Both the position numbers and the translations under genes were made by a program. Of a stretch of DNA of 64,000 bases, positions 27,454 through 39,818 are shown piece by piece (the first letter of the stretch is position 1; the number at the start of each line of letters is the position of its first letter). The DNA comes from Haplodiscus bocki (lineage: Eukaryota), in contig OZ296648.1 in NCBI GenBank assembly GCA_965655095.1, positions 42,284,001 to 42,348,000 of the forward strand. Reading direction: 5' to 3'. The notes under the pieces were generated by a model that had not been told where the DNA came from, searched no databases, and saw nothing but the letters and a program-made list of their open reading frames with translations.

Positions 27454-28819
27454 TAGGTTCCCGGCATCTGAAGAGTAGAAAAAATGTAAACACTGTCGGA
27501 GTTGTAGGCACTCAAAGAAACACAAGTTGTGATACAAAATGAAACTCATATTTCAATAAATGAAAACATAATTTCTTCAAAGTACTGTAATATCAATCCT
27601 AGAAGTTTCATAGAAACACCACAGTAAATTAGATGAACTTCTAAAAAACTTCTGTTTCGACCATATCTCATAATTTTTTTGTAGTTTTTTGAGTATAGCG
27701 CAAAAAAGTGCATTGTCCGGATCTTTTTTCTCAACTAAGACTATGGATGTTTTATAGCACAACTGTATTTTATTCTTTTTAAGCTGCGGCTTATAAAGGT
27801 AAATTTTTGCTCCAATTGCGGCTTATGCATAAGGGATAAATTCGAATACATGTAGTAAAGCCGCCTATACTTGAGGGCAGCTTTTAAACGCTGAAATACG
27901 GTTTATGTCCAAATAAAGCTGAGTTTGGCAAAGTTTTGTGCATATTCATATTCACAGAATTACTCAGCAATTTGATGTTGGAAGCGTTCATTTCTTGTGA
28001 TCTCATGATTTGCTGAACAATTCAGGCCACAATGAAATCGTTACATTGTAAGCTTTGAGGCCTTCCTCTTGTAGACTATGTACACGTGTAGAGTTATGAG
28101 GTTTTAGGTACTAACAAACGCTTCCGCCGGATCGGCAGAGTTAATCTTCAACCTGTCGAAGATTTAAGATCTCTTCACGTTTTTTTTGACTTCTTGTAGC
28201 GGACTACTTGATGAACCCATTCGCTTCCTTCATTCAGCATAATGATGACGCCAAAACAGAAAACAATCAATGAGTTTTATTTACTTGTTTTTTATTATTG
28301 GCTCGCTATTTCCACTTGCTTACTTCGTTCTTTCGGCGAAGACGTCACAAAGATTTGGATAGCCAGACACCCTCGGTGGCTATTCACAAGTCCGAAAATA
28401 AATTTGGGTGCACAAGTCCGAAAATAATTTAGCTAAATTAAAAATATAATCAGTATTGAAACTGGTGCCGTGGACACTCCCATATCTTCCGTTCCGCTCT
28501 CTCGAGGGCAGAATGCGCGTCTTACTAAGCGCGGGTTTTGTTACTTGTCGCTTTTATAACAATTCGGTATTTGACTACTTATCTCGCTACTTTATAATAA
28601 GCGGTTCGAATATGCACGCGCATGTGAACTGCGTAAATTTAATTGGTTGATTTTGATTCTAAGCAGAACTAAAGCAGAAAAAAGTCAAATTGAGACAAGT
28701 AGCTGTCACAAAGTTTAATACTCGAAAAGATGATCTGTTAATCCTATCTTTTCATATTCTTCATTTGCAGCCCAATGGTTAAAAGATTTACACACTTTAC
28801 AACGCAAAAAAGAAGAATA

Positions 28820-29559
28820 TTAGGTGTCCCAAAAAAACGTTACACGCCAAAAATTTAGAGCTATCAAAATGGCCAATATTAGTCGACAAGACGTCAAAAC
28901 CGCTGCAAATATTTCTGTATCTCACTTGTCAATCGTGAGGACTTGTGACTCTTAATGGAAACATCAAAAAGAAAGTTGCATAATTTCGGTTAAATAAGTG
29001 TAAACAACTTTCATAACATGAACCTAAAGTGCTCATTTTCACAATTTGACATTCAGTGGTGTCAATTTTGATGACTGACAGGCAGTATGTGTGGACTTGA
29101 AAAAAGTTCCGATGAATTGTTTATCTATAATAACAAATTATAGATAAACAAATCTCGATTTTCCTGATGCCGCAGGACGGGCGCCAGAGAAGCAGTTCTG
29201 CTTTTCACCTGAAGGTGCTGACAGCCCTTACGAAACCTATTTCCCCATAGCTTGCACTATGGTACCATGTTTGCAACCAATTGGTCTAGCAATGGTGGAC
29301 TAGCGGCAGAAGCGTCCGTGACTTGCCGAAGGTCACAATGGTCAAACTCCTCACATTTTTCTTTGCTCTTTTCTCCGCCTACGCGTTTTTTTGTGACATG
29401 ACCACCACTCCTAAGCTAGGGACAAAGGACTTGCTCAAGGCCCGAAGATGGGTAGTTGAAAGAGAATCGAACCTGCAACCGCTCCTTTACAAGCTGAATT
29501 CTCTAACCCCTATACCATCACTCCCCTAATTACATGTAACGCTTCTTGAAGACACCTAA
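28820..29559. mobile_element. Tc1/mariner-type MITE with TA TSD (partial related copy starting ~19582)
   Basis: Left end TA|TTAGGTGTCCCAAAAAAACGTTACA; right end reverse-complemented TA|TTAGGTGTCTTCAAGAAGCGTTACA. Confidence 0.75.
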
Positions 29560-30282
29560 TACACTGCCCACACAGTCTCATTCAAAACATGGTTATGTGA
29601 TTCACCTTTAAGAACGCTGTTGTTTATTTTTTAGAACGATGTTTATAAGTTTTGCACTTTTGAGAACGCGAAAATAAGCAAGTAACCGCCATGATGTTTC
29701 AAAAAGGGATCTTTTTGACCGTTTATAATAGATGACTAGACTCTCCGATGACGTCAGAAAACTATGCAGGATTGGTCAGGATCAAAAAACTATGTACAGG
29801 CCCAATACACAATCTTCCTTTCAGTCAGAATGAGTAATAAATATCTAGAACTTCGAAGTCATTTTCGTTTGAAAATTTTGAATTAGGGGTCAATTTCTTC
29901 ATTACAACACATTGTGCCAGTTTCTGACAAATTTTTATATTGAATCAGACAAGGCTAGATCGAAGACACAAAGTGTTCAAAACGTGAATGTACCCAGACA
30001 AAGCAGCGTTCGGATAATCGTGCTTCCGGATAACCGAATTACGTATAATCGAGACCGTACTGTTCTATTATTTGTTGGCCACGGGTTATGTATTGCATCA
30101 ATTAAGTCTTGTTCAGACATCGTTAATTGATCAGAGTTACGCGTTGCTCAAACATCTTTAAAGAGTTTATTCAAAAATCCAAAAACAAAAATAGCCTATT
30201 TTTTCCCGCGTTTTCGGTCACGCAATTAGAGACAAGTACTCAAATCCCCGCTTCCTCCAGTCCGTACATAGTAATGTGTGAA

Positions 30283-30352
30283 TCCCGGTGGCGCAGTGCT
30301 TTAAGCTTCCACCCCTGGGACCCAGGTTCGAATCCCGAATGGAGCGGATTTT
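30283..30352 (+). repeat. tRNA-derived SINE-like head / tRNA pseudogene
   Basis: A-box-like TGGCGCAGTG, B box GGTTCGAATCC and a downstream T run. No complete cloverleaf. Confidence 0.55.
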
Positions 30353-30698
30353 TCTCTTGAAAATAAGCAATGTAGCCTAGATTCGGTGAAATTCTAAGCC
30401 ATTTCTTTGTAAGCAACAAATTTGCATAGAATTGCATTTTTCTAAGCAATTTGCTGGCACGGTTTACCCTATACCTGATGTAAAGTTGCTTATAAAATGA
30501 ACTGGGTGTAATGTTTCAACTCATGCGCGAGTGAATTTTAGCCAATCGGAGACGAGTTCGCTTCTGCGTGGGGGGGGGGGAGTTAACAGAAAAGATCGAA
30601 AAATAACTTCACAATTAAACAACTTTTATAAATTCCACACGCTTAGAATATCGCTGCTGTTATTGCAAGAACATCAGAGCTTTTGAATTGATGATAGG

Positions 30699-33011
30699 CA
30701 GGCACCCGGAATTTCTGCCGCCAAAAAAAGTAAATTCTGCTTGTTAAATTCCTCAATTCCGCTTATTTCTGCTCTTTAGGCAAAACGTGGGTAAATTGCA
30801 AGTTTAATTGAAAAATTCATTCAAACTTTTTAAAATCGCTGTTAAAATAACAATAAAGAAGGTTTTTCAAGGCTTCTTCAGATAAATTTGCTCCGTTTTG
30901 GTGAATCAAGTAGTGTTAAAATACTAAAACTTCTCTCCACGTCGGCTGCGGAGGCGGGTGTCCACAGGCTCCGTGAAGCCTTCCACATGAGTGGCAGTTC
31001 ATTGTTCTTCCCCTCCGAAAATTTGTCAATTTCAAAGTTTTCTAAGGGGTATACTGCATTCATATAAATAACCCACTCGTTCAGGAACTCGATATCGGAA
31101 GAAAACCCAGGAATATTAAGATAGTCAACAATATTCCGACTGAGACTTGCCTTCTGGCGAATATCAAAAATTCTTGCGCTTTTGAAGAAGTTTAGCGCTG
31201 GTTTCTGGACATCAACATGCTTGTTAAATTTCTCAGACGCTATTTTAAACGCACTTTGATATGTAATTGGGCAATCTGCCAGACTCCGATTTGCTAAATT
31301 GGCTTCGGATAATATGGCCTCGATTTCTTCCGGAAACTGAACCTGGGTTCTTCCTGCTTCAAGTACCGCCTGAAAATTCGTAATATTATTGTAAACCTGG
31401 TGGGCAATAAGTTTTTGGTTTAACTCAAAGAGTTCAATAAAATCCGATATAGAATTTCCGTAAAAGGAAGCAAAGGCTAATTCTAATATCAGCTCCCAAA
31501 ATTTCGTACCAAGAATAGTAAGAATTTCTCGGGTATTGGAATTCTCATGACCTTGATCATGTTCTGCTTCGAAGAAGGATTTATACAGATGCAGCCTTTC
31601 CTTGTGGTAAATGCTGGCCTGTATCCAACTAGTCCATCTGGTAAAATTTGCTATAACAGGCATCTTGGATTTACTTTCAGCATTTTGCCTCTGAAAGTCA
31701 ACCCAGCGAAATTTTCGCCCAGCATTGATTTGTTTTTTGAAGAGTGCATTAAGCAGAAGAAGGCATTGTTTTGCAAGTTTGAGCTCATGATGCCACGTCT
31801 CACCCACTAGATTTAGAATGTGAGCCCAACATCCGATCCACGTAATTTGCGGGAACACCTAAGTACGGTTACATGACTTTTTGTAAATATGAAACAAAAA
31901 GTCGGAAACGATGGGATACTCACTTTATGTAGAATATCGGAGTAGGCTTTCTTGCAATATGCAGTGTTGTCTGTGATTAGGAAGAATACACAATCGCGGA
32001 GTTGATGAACGATAATTGCGTCATTGGCAGCGGCCGCGACGTTTGCGTGATTTGCGGGTTCGTGTAGAAAGACAGACTCCAACAATAATGCTTTGTCCCC
32101 AACCCTGACCAAAAAATTCAATATTTGCCTTTCTCTCTGGTCCGTTGATTCATCGACTATAATAGACAACTTTTCGTTATTTTTCCTACATTCGTCCAGG
32201 AAAACTGAAACAGCACCATGTACTTCTTCGGCAACTTCAGGTATGTAATAGGTTCGAAGATTGTCAGCGGAACTCAGGGCCCCTCCTTGGTTGGGGGTTT
32301 ATTATTTTGATCCAAGGGGTCATTTTGTCAACTTTCTCCAATGGTATGTTGCTCGCCAAATACATCTTAACAAATCCAGTAACAAATTTGGAACGGCTTT
32401 CCTGGCTTTTCTGCACCGTCGTAAGGGTCACCTGCCTCAAAACTGGTGCCGACGTAGTTTCTTGCACTTCGCGCTTGTTCTTGTGACTTTTACTCTGCAA
32501 ATGATCTTTGATGGTGGAAGATTTCAAATCGACCGAATGACAGCAGAACTTACAGAAAAGCAGGCCATCGTCTTCGTAAAATATAGTCGAGTACTCCTTT
32601 GCGCGAGATGAAACTGTAAATTTCCCGGTAACCTTCGGCATTTTTCAATACGAGAGGATAGAAATATTTTAACACTGGTAGGAAAGGAATAGGAAATAAT
32701 GAAGAGCAGGTTTGCAGGAATAATTCAAAAGCAAGAATATCGCGCATGTAAATTGCAGAGCAGGACCTGTTCTGTGTACTGCCTACGCCTGAAGTGTTTG
32801 CCTAAGTACTTACCGCGTAGTCAACAAGCTCCAATCTTGATTTTGATGCGCATACATCGTATTTTATTTAAAATTTTCTATAACATGCAAACATATTCTG
32901 GAAAATTTCAATTCTGCGGCTATTCTGTTCTAAAAAAGTGTTTTCCGCTTTTGAACCTCAATTCTGCCTATTCTGCCCATTTCTGCTGCCAGCAGATTTT
33001 CCGGGTGTCTG
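30699..33011 (-). mobile_element. Full-length hAT DNA transposon (CGGBP1-like transposase)
   Basis: TIRs CAGGCACCCGGAATTTCTGC and CAGACACCCGGAAAATCTGC; perfect 8-bp TSD ATGATAGG at 30691-30698 and 33012-33019. Confidence 0.95.
30878..32641 (-). pseudogene. hAT transposase with a 65-bp intron (31923-31859) and one frameshift (~32295)
   Basis: N-terminal zinc finger LFCKFCCHSVD..TIKDHLQSKSH; DDE residues in IIVDES, ITDNTAY and DVERSFS; CWAH motif. A GTGAGT...TTAG phase-0 intron joins ILHK|VFPQ. Confidence 0.88.
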
Positions 33012-33177
33012 ATGATAGGTGTGAAGATGATCGGCCAGTCATTTAATTTTGCAACAAAAGCTGTCAACTGTGCGTCAGTTTGTTCACGCAGCCGAGCTGT
33101 TGAATCACTATCAACTTCACAAATTAGAACTTGCTCAATGAAGACGTATAAATGTACACTACAATACATATATAAGC

Positions 33178-33558
33178 AAGACACCGCGAAAATCTGCTGC
33201 GAGCAGAACACATCAGAATTTACTATTCAGAGCAGATTAAGCAGAATGGATAAATTTCCTGTATATGCTCTGATTTTAACGACCTAATCAAAAAAAATCT
33301 CGTCTTCCCACAAAATGAAAAAAACACGTAACTGAAAATCTTGACGTACTGAAACAGTACACGAAAAATCGAAGAAAAACGAGCACAAAATATTCAAAAT
33401 AGCTCATGATTCGATAATTTTTGGTCGGAGAGCATATTTTTGCTCTGAAAAGAAAAAATTCAATACTTTTCGAAAGAAACTTCCGAAAATCAGAAAAAAG
33501 CAGATTTCATTTAGGGCGGCAGCAGAATTTCGATTTGAGAGCAAATTTTCTGTGTCTG
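33178..33558. mobile_element. Non-autonomous hAT MITE related to the adjacent transposon
   Basis: Ends AAGACACCGCGAAAATCTGC and (reverse complement) CAGACACAGAAAATTTGC resemble the neighbour's TIR. Degenerate 8-bp TSD ATATAAGC/GTATAAAC. Confidence 0.65.
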
Positions 33559-33944
33559 GTATAAACTAAGCTAAACTTCGCAAACTATTGCCATCGCAGC
33601 CACTCTTTCAGTAATAAATGCCGTGTTACCCAAACGTTTCATGAAACATTAAACCTACCGGATTAGATTCAAAAGAAACGCTCATGAAAAGCAGTAACGC
33701 CATCATTTGATCGGCATTGAACAAAAAAACGGATATCTCATCAAAGCTGAGCTCAAGAATAGAATGACAAACTCAGTAATATTGAAATGGCGTAGCAGTG
33801 ATGCTATGTCGGTAAAATGAGAACAAAGTGTAAATATGTATTTTGCAGAAAATGTACTTTCTACAAGCAATTTTCAACTTTTATCTCGGCTTCATTATTT
33901 CTTATTCTCTGCTTCATTATTTCTTATTCTCAATGTAAACTAAC

Positions 33945-34441
33945 TTTCCAGAAAGCATTACGAGACTTAGCAACCAAAACTGAACTTTTGACTGACCGAT
34001 TAGAGGTAACAATGTTGGTAACTGCATTGTTTTCTGTTTGGTGATCACCTGCCGTCACCCCACTGATGGTTGCACCTCCGCCTGTGGTGTTTGAACTGAC
34101 TAACGCAGGATGATTGACGGGAAAGGATCCCACAACTGAAGTTGTATTCGTCGTTGCGCCAGTCGCGGTAGCCACGGTTGTAAGTTTAAGGGCCTCGGCC
34201 AGCGCCTTCCTGAGTACATTTTGACTGTCGAACACACCCCACGTGGCTTGTAGAACTGCGTCCAGCAAACAGTCACCGGCTGTTCGGTTCCAAAGAGGGC
34301 GCAACTTACTTTTTAACTTCACTGTCACTTCACGATTCCAATTCACGACACAGTTTTCTACTTCAAGTTCTCTTTTAACCGATTCGTCAATGATTTCACT
34401 CATTAGTTGTTTCTGTACAATTCGCGGAAGTTTGTGAATTT
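33945..34441 (-). CDS. ZRANB1: TRABID/ZRANB1 coding exon (OTU N-part with catalytic Cys)
   Basis: LRPLWNRTAGDCLLDAVLQATWGVFD..VLRKAL is the TRABID catalytic Cys motif. Acceptor gttgcag| (phase 1, giving LPA-E-IHKLP); donor AAA|gttagt (phase 0). Confidence 0.95.
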
Positions 34442-34626
34442 CTGCAACACAGTTGATGAATGATCAACTAACTATGCATTCATTAGAATCCCATATATTA
34501 AAGGGCCACAATTCACTCGAAGTTTCAATTTTTTTATTCAAGTCGATAACATATCTGAAATCTTATGACGTTTCATGAAAAGATTAGGATACAGAAGAAA
34601 ATCCGGAAAAAAACACAGATTCTAAC

Positions 34627-36358
34627 CCGCAGGAAGAACATATGTTTGTGAGTTGTCCTGAAAAACGTAACATTTCATTGCACCAGTTTTCCATCGCAGA
34701 CTGTTCGAGATCGTTCTTGTAATCTGATTGGTTAAATCTGAAGTCACACCACAGGCGGGATGCTTGACATGACATCCAAAACTGGACAATTTGTCACTAT
34801 TCATAAGTATTTCGATGATACGCGCTCTCTTGAACAGAATTGCAATCATCATTAAATTGAACCGATCAACGACACCAGGTATATCTAGAACAGCGGCTTC
34901 AGTGGCCGACAAAATGCGTTTCTTATCTCCACCTGAGAAAAGGTAGGCCTCTAATGGTTCCACTGCACCAACAGATACTGCCCAACACGCCTGAAGAAAC
35001 TTCCAGTCTAATTTGCCCATTGAGAACCGGTTGTTACCCTGAAAATATTTGTAATCACTCATCGGATCTCTACCATTCTGGTCAAGATTCGCAGCCGCAG
35101 CCTGTAGTTGCTGAGCCTTTTTCTTCACATCAGCAAAAGATGGGCTCTTCTTGCGAATATTGAGCCTCTTCATTCTTTCCTCTATTGTAAACACGGCTTC
35201 CCATTTCCGACTATTTGCTCCTTTAGGGGTGTTTTTTCTATTCAAAGTTACAGGCGGTGAGATTTTTTCTTTCCCACTTTGCGTTTCATCTATATTGTTT
35301 ATACTATGCTGCGATCGCTTCTTTCCACAAACAGAACATTTCATAGTTTTCCAATAATTCTCATAGGTACATGCGGAACATTGCCACTTATGACTACTAC
35401 CCACGGTTTTGCTGTTCGGTCCTCCTGAGGTAGAGTGAGTTGCTTTACTATTGCGTCTATCATTAGAAGAAATAGACGAGCCCGCACTTCCATCGTCGCT
35501 CGAAACAACTTCAGGGGATTTAGATTTTGAGAAATTTTCATTATTACAAGATTCATTTGACTTCCTCACCCAATCAGGGGGAGCTCTGCAAACAGCGCAC
35601 ACCTTGCTCCTAGGCCAATTGTAATAGGTACACCTGGGACAAGACCATTTCTGAGAAGAATCTAAAATGATATGTGGAGATGTTGAGTCATTTTCAAAAC
35701 TGTTTGAGGTTGTGGGTTGGTTGCCCTTGGTATCATTTGCATTAGTTTTCAGGATATCTTCAACATTCGTTACAGCGACAGATTCTTCATCTTTGTTTAT
35801 TGCTTCGTTCGATGACGTTCTTTGGTGACAACTTGTGGTCTCCATTTGGTTAAACTCAATAGAACTGGCAGAATCCGGTCTGTTGTTGATAGGATACGAA
35901 TCCATATACGAGAGATTGTTGCTAGTCGACGGAGTGGGCGAGTCTCCCCAGTTATCAATGATTGCGGCAGGATGTGAAGTAGCTGCAGGTGAAACATCTT
36001 TAACTTCGCTGTCAAATATATTACCCGGTGACGGCTGGTACTGCTCGGTACACATTGAACACCGGGCAGATTTACTATAATTTAAGTAAGTGCATCTCGG
36101 ACAAGACCAACTTCCATCATCGGAGGAGGTTCCTCCGCCAATTGTGGGAAGTCCACCGACAATTGATTTGGAACTTCCATTCTCTGTCTTTTCATTCTCG
36201 ATGATGAGAGTAGGCTTTTCACTAACTGTTTCAGACTGCCGTTCTTGGCTGTGTGTGCTATCAGCGCTCTCAGACTTGTCCAATATTGTACACTCTCGAT
36301 GCCGCGCAGCATCTTTACTTTTATTTTCTTCGACTTTCAGCCCATCGCTTTGAAGCAT
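34627..36358 (-). CDS. ZRANB1: TRABID/ZRANB1 large coding exon (3 NZF/RanBP2 zinc fingers + AnkUBD)
   Basis: Three W-x-C-x2-CTY-x-N-x6-C-x2-C fingers; AnkUBD-like DWKFLQACWAVSVGAVEPLEAYLFSGGD. Acceptor tttttgcag lies 8 nt before ATG 36358; donor GCGG|gttaga; 185-bp intron to the next exon. Confidence 0.93.
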
Positions 36359-36906
36359 TCTAGGTTCTGCAAAAACGGATCGGACTCCTCTACAAGAAAC
36401 TACATTGTTTTACAAACTTGCAAATTTCAAGTGAAGCTGAGCTGTACATCAATTTTTAACATCACAAACTGAGATAAGCTCAATCAGCGTCATACAGTAA
36501 GCACATTTAATTAAGATCAGTACAAGCAACACAAAAAGACAAGTCACAACGCAGACTATACAAAATTATTGGGGTTGAGTTGTCCAAAACTTTTTGCCTC
36601 TTCAAATACCCACCTCTAGGTTCGAAATGAACATCAGACAAACCATAATTCTTTAATTATTTTTCCGGTGATAATTTATGTGTGAGGAGAGTAGACCAGG
36701 TATACACTTATGAGAAAATGGGCCCATAAGGGGCAGAGCAATATCAAAGCTACATTGGTCATACACGGAACTACCAGGTAAAACAAAAAGAGGAGTTCAG
36801 GTATCGAAGTCTTCAGTATGCCTTCTCACAGGGAAGCAACAACCTTTTACCACGATGGTCCCAACTTTCAACAATGGTAGCATCTACCTATTTTTATAGT
36901 ATAATT

Positions 36907-37351
36907 CAGTGATGTCCCGTTAAATTGATGGTTTAACCATTGGTTAACCAAACCGTTTAAAATTCGGTTCGTGAAACGTTTCAGTACAAAGCGTAATTGG
37001 TTAACCAATTCGATTAAATTAGCGTCCAATTTACCCAATTTGAAAGCAATATTTCTAATAAAATCAGTTGAAATCACAAAAATTATTCAGATAAGTTGCA
37101 CATCTAAGAAATGCCATTAAAAAATTAGACTTAGAGCCATCTTCGACTAAATTCGATGATCGCAACCACTCATTCATCAGTTTTTGTCCAAATTTCCCAG
37201 GAATTGACCATCGACGACTATACGGCTACAATTGGCTTAAGACCTGTTTGAAATTTCCTCTGGACTCGAAATCTGTTTAACCGACTCGGTTTTAAAAATT
37301 GTTAACGCTTATTGATAAAAAACGGCTAAATTAATTTACTGGACATCACAG
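36907..37351. mobile_element. hAT-type MITE
   Basis: TIRs CAGTGATGTCCCGTTAAATT and CTGTGATGTCCAGTAAATT; degenerate 8-bp TSD GTATAATT/GAATACTT; subterminal GGTTAACC motifs. Confidence 0.6.
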
Positions 37352-38242
37352 GAATACTTGAATGCTATTCAGCTCATTAATAGAACCGTTAGGCGGTTAA
37401 AAAGTTAACCGGTCAAAATTTTTTTACCAGTTACTAAACTTGTAACTAATGAAATGAAAAATGCTAAAATGTTATTTTTAATCAGCTGTTTTCGAGGCAA
37501 CACTTGGAGACTCTTGAAACTTCAGATAGTTCGGAAAGCATTATCAAATGTTTTGAAAATGTAATTTCTACGAGTAGTTGCGCTTTTTGTGATAAATATT
37601 GGGAGAACAATGATTTTTTTTCAAGTTGTGATATCTCCATTTCCAGAAAGTAGCAAACTCTTCTGCCAGATCTGCAGGTTAAATTTTCAATCTGCTCAAG
37701 ATATTTGACAGATCTGTTCACGTTTTTTTTGAAGTCACTATTTCCCTCAGAATGGAGGAAGCGTGCGAGTGAATGTGGCGGACGACTTGATGAACTCACT
37801 AACTTTCTTCAATCGGCATGATTATCATGACGCCATAACATTAGCACTATCAGTTTTATTTATTCTTTTATTGGCTCGTTATTTTCTTCTCCTTGCTTCG
37901 TTCTCTCGGTACTGACTGTCAGAAAAATTTTATTAGCTCTAGAAAGCCGAGACACGGTTCACTATCTTCATTTTATAAAAGGATGAAAAATTATGTCATC
38001 AAATTAGTGTGTTTTTCTTCTTTAACAGGACCGTTCCGAAAATCCCATTAATTTTCAAAGGTTAACCGATTGGGAAAAATTAACCGCTGACTGCTCCATT
38101 CATCACTAATTGTCAATTTGTTTTTCAGATTAACTGATACCTCCAGGGGCTCTGAAAAATCAACTTCGACCTCCACATGGCATCAGGAGAGAGGAAAGAG
38201 ATAACACTGTATTATTGTATAGGGATAGCTCACACTAAATAT

Positions 38243-38945
38243 ACAAGACGGCCGGCTAGCACCGGCATATTTTTCGCCCAACTACAAACATTTTGATCTT
38301 TTGCAAATGGTTGAAAACAAAACTACTGTTTTGACAATAGTTTTCAATGGGTTTTCATAAGCATCAATTCGACGACTGATTTCTGTACTTTATGCAAAAG
38401 GGTATCAAGATTTTCCGTTGAAAATTTTTTGTCTCCCAGTGCCGAAAATTTCCGTAGGGGAACCCTTTAGTGTTTCACTAAGTTCGGGCATCGAAAAAGT
38501 TTGGATAAGAGAGGGGGGGAATATTAAGATTTTCTGTCGAAAATTTTGTCTCACAGTGCCGAAAATGTCCGTAGGGGAATCCTTCAGTGTTTCATTAATT
38601 TCGGGTATCGAAAAGGTTTGGATAAGAGAGGGGGATTATCAAGATTTTCCGTCGAAATTTTTTTGTCTCATAGTACCGAAAAATTTCGTAGGGGAACCCT
38701 TTAGTGTTTCACTAATTTCGGGTTTCAAAAAAAGTCAGGGATAAATCGTAAAAATATTTGGCACGGCAGTGACTCGAACTCCGAACTTACTGCTTGAAAA
38801 GCTTGTTGTCATACGCCTACCGCTGTCATTTATCTTTGAATGAAAAGAGTTGGCAATTTTGGTCTGAAAAAAAAAGAAAAACGACCCTACTGAATAAATA
38901 ATTTTTCTAGCATATTACATATGCGGCGAAAACTAATAAAGTGTG
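38243..38945 (+). repeat. Non-autonomous element containing ~3 tandem copies of a ~117-bp unit (38401-38735)
   Basis: The unit TATCAAGATTTTCCGTCGAAA..TGTCTCACAGTGCCGAAA..CGTAGGGGAA.CC.TTAGTGTTTCA.TAATTTCGGG.ATCGAAAA.GTTTGGATAAGAGAGGGGG is repeated about 2.9 times. Confidence 0.8.
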
Positions 38946-39818
38946 AATGATTTATGCATCAAGCATAAATGATTTTATCAATGTTTTACAAGGCATTGGG
39001 TTCTTGACGCGGAAATCACGCCAACTAGTGGCTGAATGTACAAGGACTGCGTTAGACTCACTTGAAAGGAAACTCTTCAGTCTGCTTTTGAATACCTGAA
39101 GACTTACTTGTATCTCGCATGCTTAAGGGCAGTGAGTTCCACCTCAGGGAAATATTGTGAAAGAAAGACTTGGAGGATCATGAAACAGATGGTACCTTCT
39201 CCAAAATAATTGATTTGATTCGAACGCTTGTTCAATCGGAAATTTGCCGAGGGTAACTTTATTCCGTCTACAAAAGCTTTTTTTATTGTTGATATACTGG
39301 AAGAAATGGGTCAATGACTTCAGTTCAATATGTTGCCGAATGGCAAGTACAATTTTCTGTATTCTCAAATCAAATGAACCCTTATTACTGGAACGAAAAT
39401 AAACGGACTTTAATGCCCAATTCATCTGCTTCTCTAATGATAGTAACAACGGTGAGGTAATTTGCAGCAGAAATAAAGCCGAATATTCGAAGTGCCTCAA
39501 AGCAAGAGCGGGTTTCTCGTTTAAAGAAGAATGCTAATGCAGCTTTGGTAACCTTGAAAATTTGAAGTTTTCTGGACCGAAATAATGTACCGTGACAGGG
39601 AACGAAAAAGATTGAGACATTTTCTGGTACGGAGGGAAAGAAGGCTCTCCAGGTCGTCATCAAACCAAAGCTGAGCAAAAAAATTGGAGCGTGGAAATTT
39701 CATTGTGTGAAATACAATGGAAAACAGCAAATGATTTTTAAAGCACTAGGCAAGTTAAACATCAATTTACCACAACTGAAACATTTAATGGAAGTGAATA
39801 CGAGTTGAGACCATAGCA

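Noticed and set aside
30283-30352. Functional tRNA gene
   Set aside because: A and B boxes are present but no convincing acceptor or anticodon stems; treated as SINE-like.
37381-38098. Possible further hAT MITE (TAGAACCGTTAGGCGGTTAA / TGGAGCAGTCAGCGGTTAA)
   Set aside because: TIR and TSD matches (5/8) are too degenerate to call.
38401-38735. Possible CRISPR-like array, or the repeat protein ORF 38418-38744
   Set aside because: Contiguous ~117-bp tandem units with no unique spacers, no cas genes and a eukaryotic context; the ORF merely reads through the repeat.
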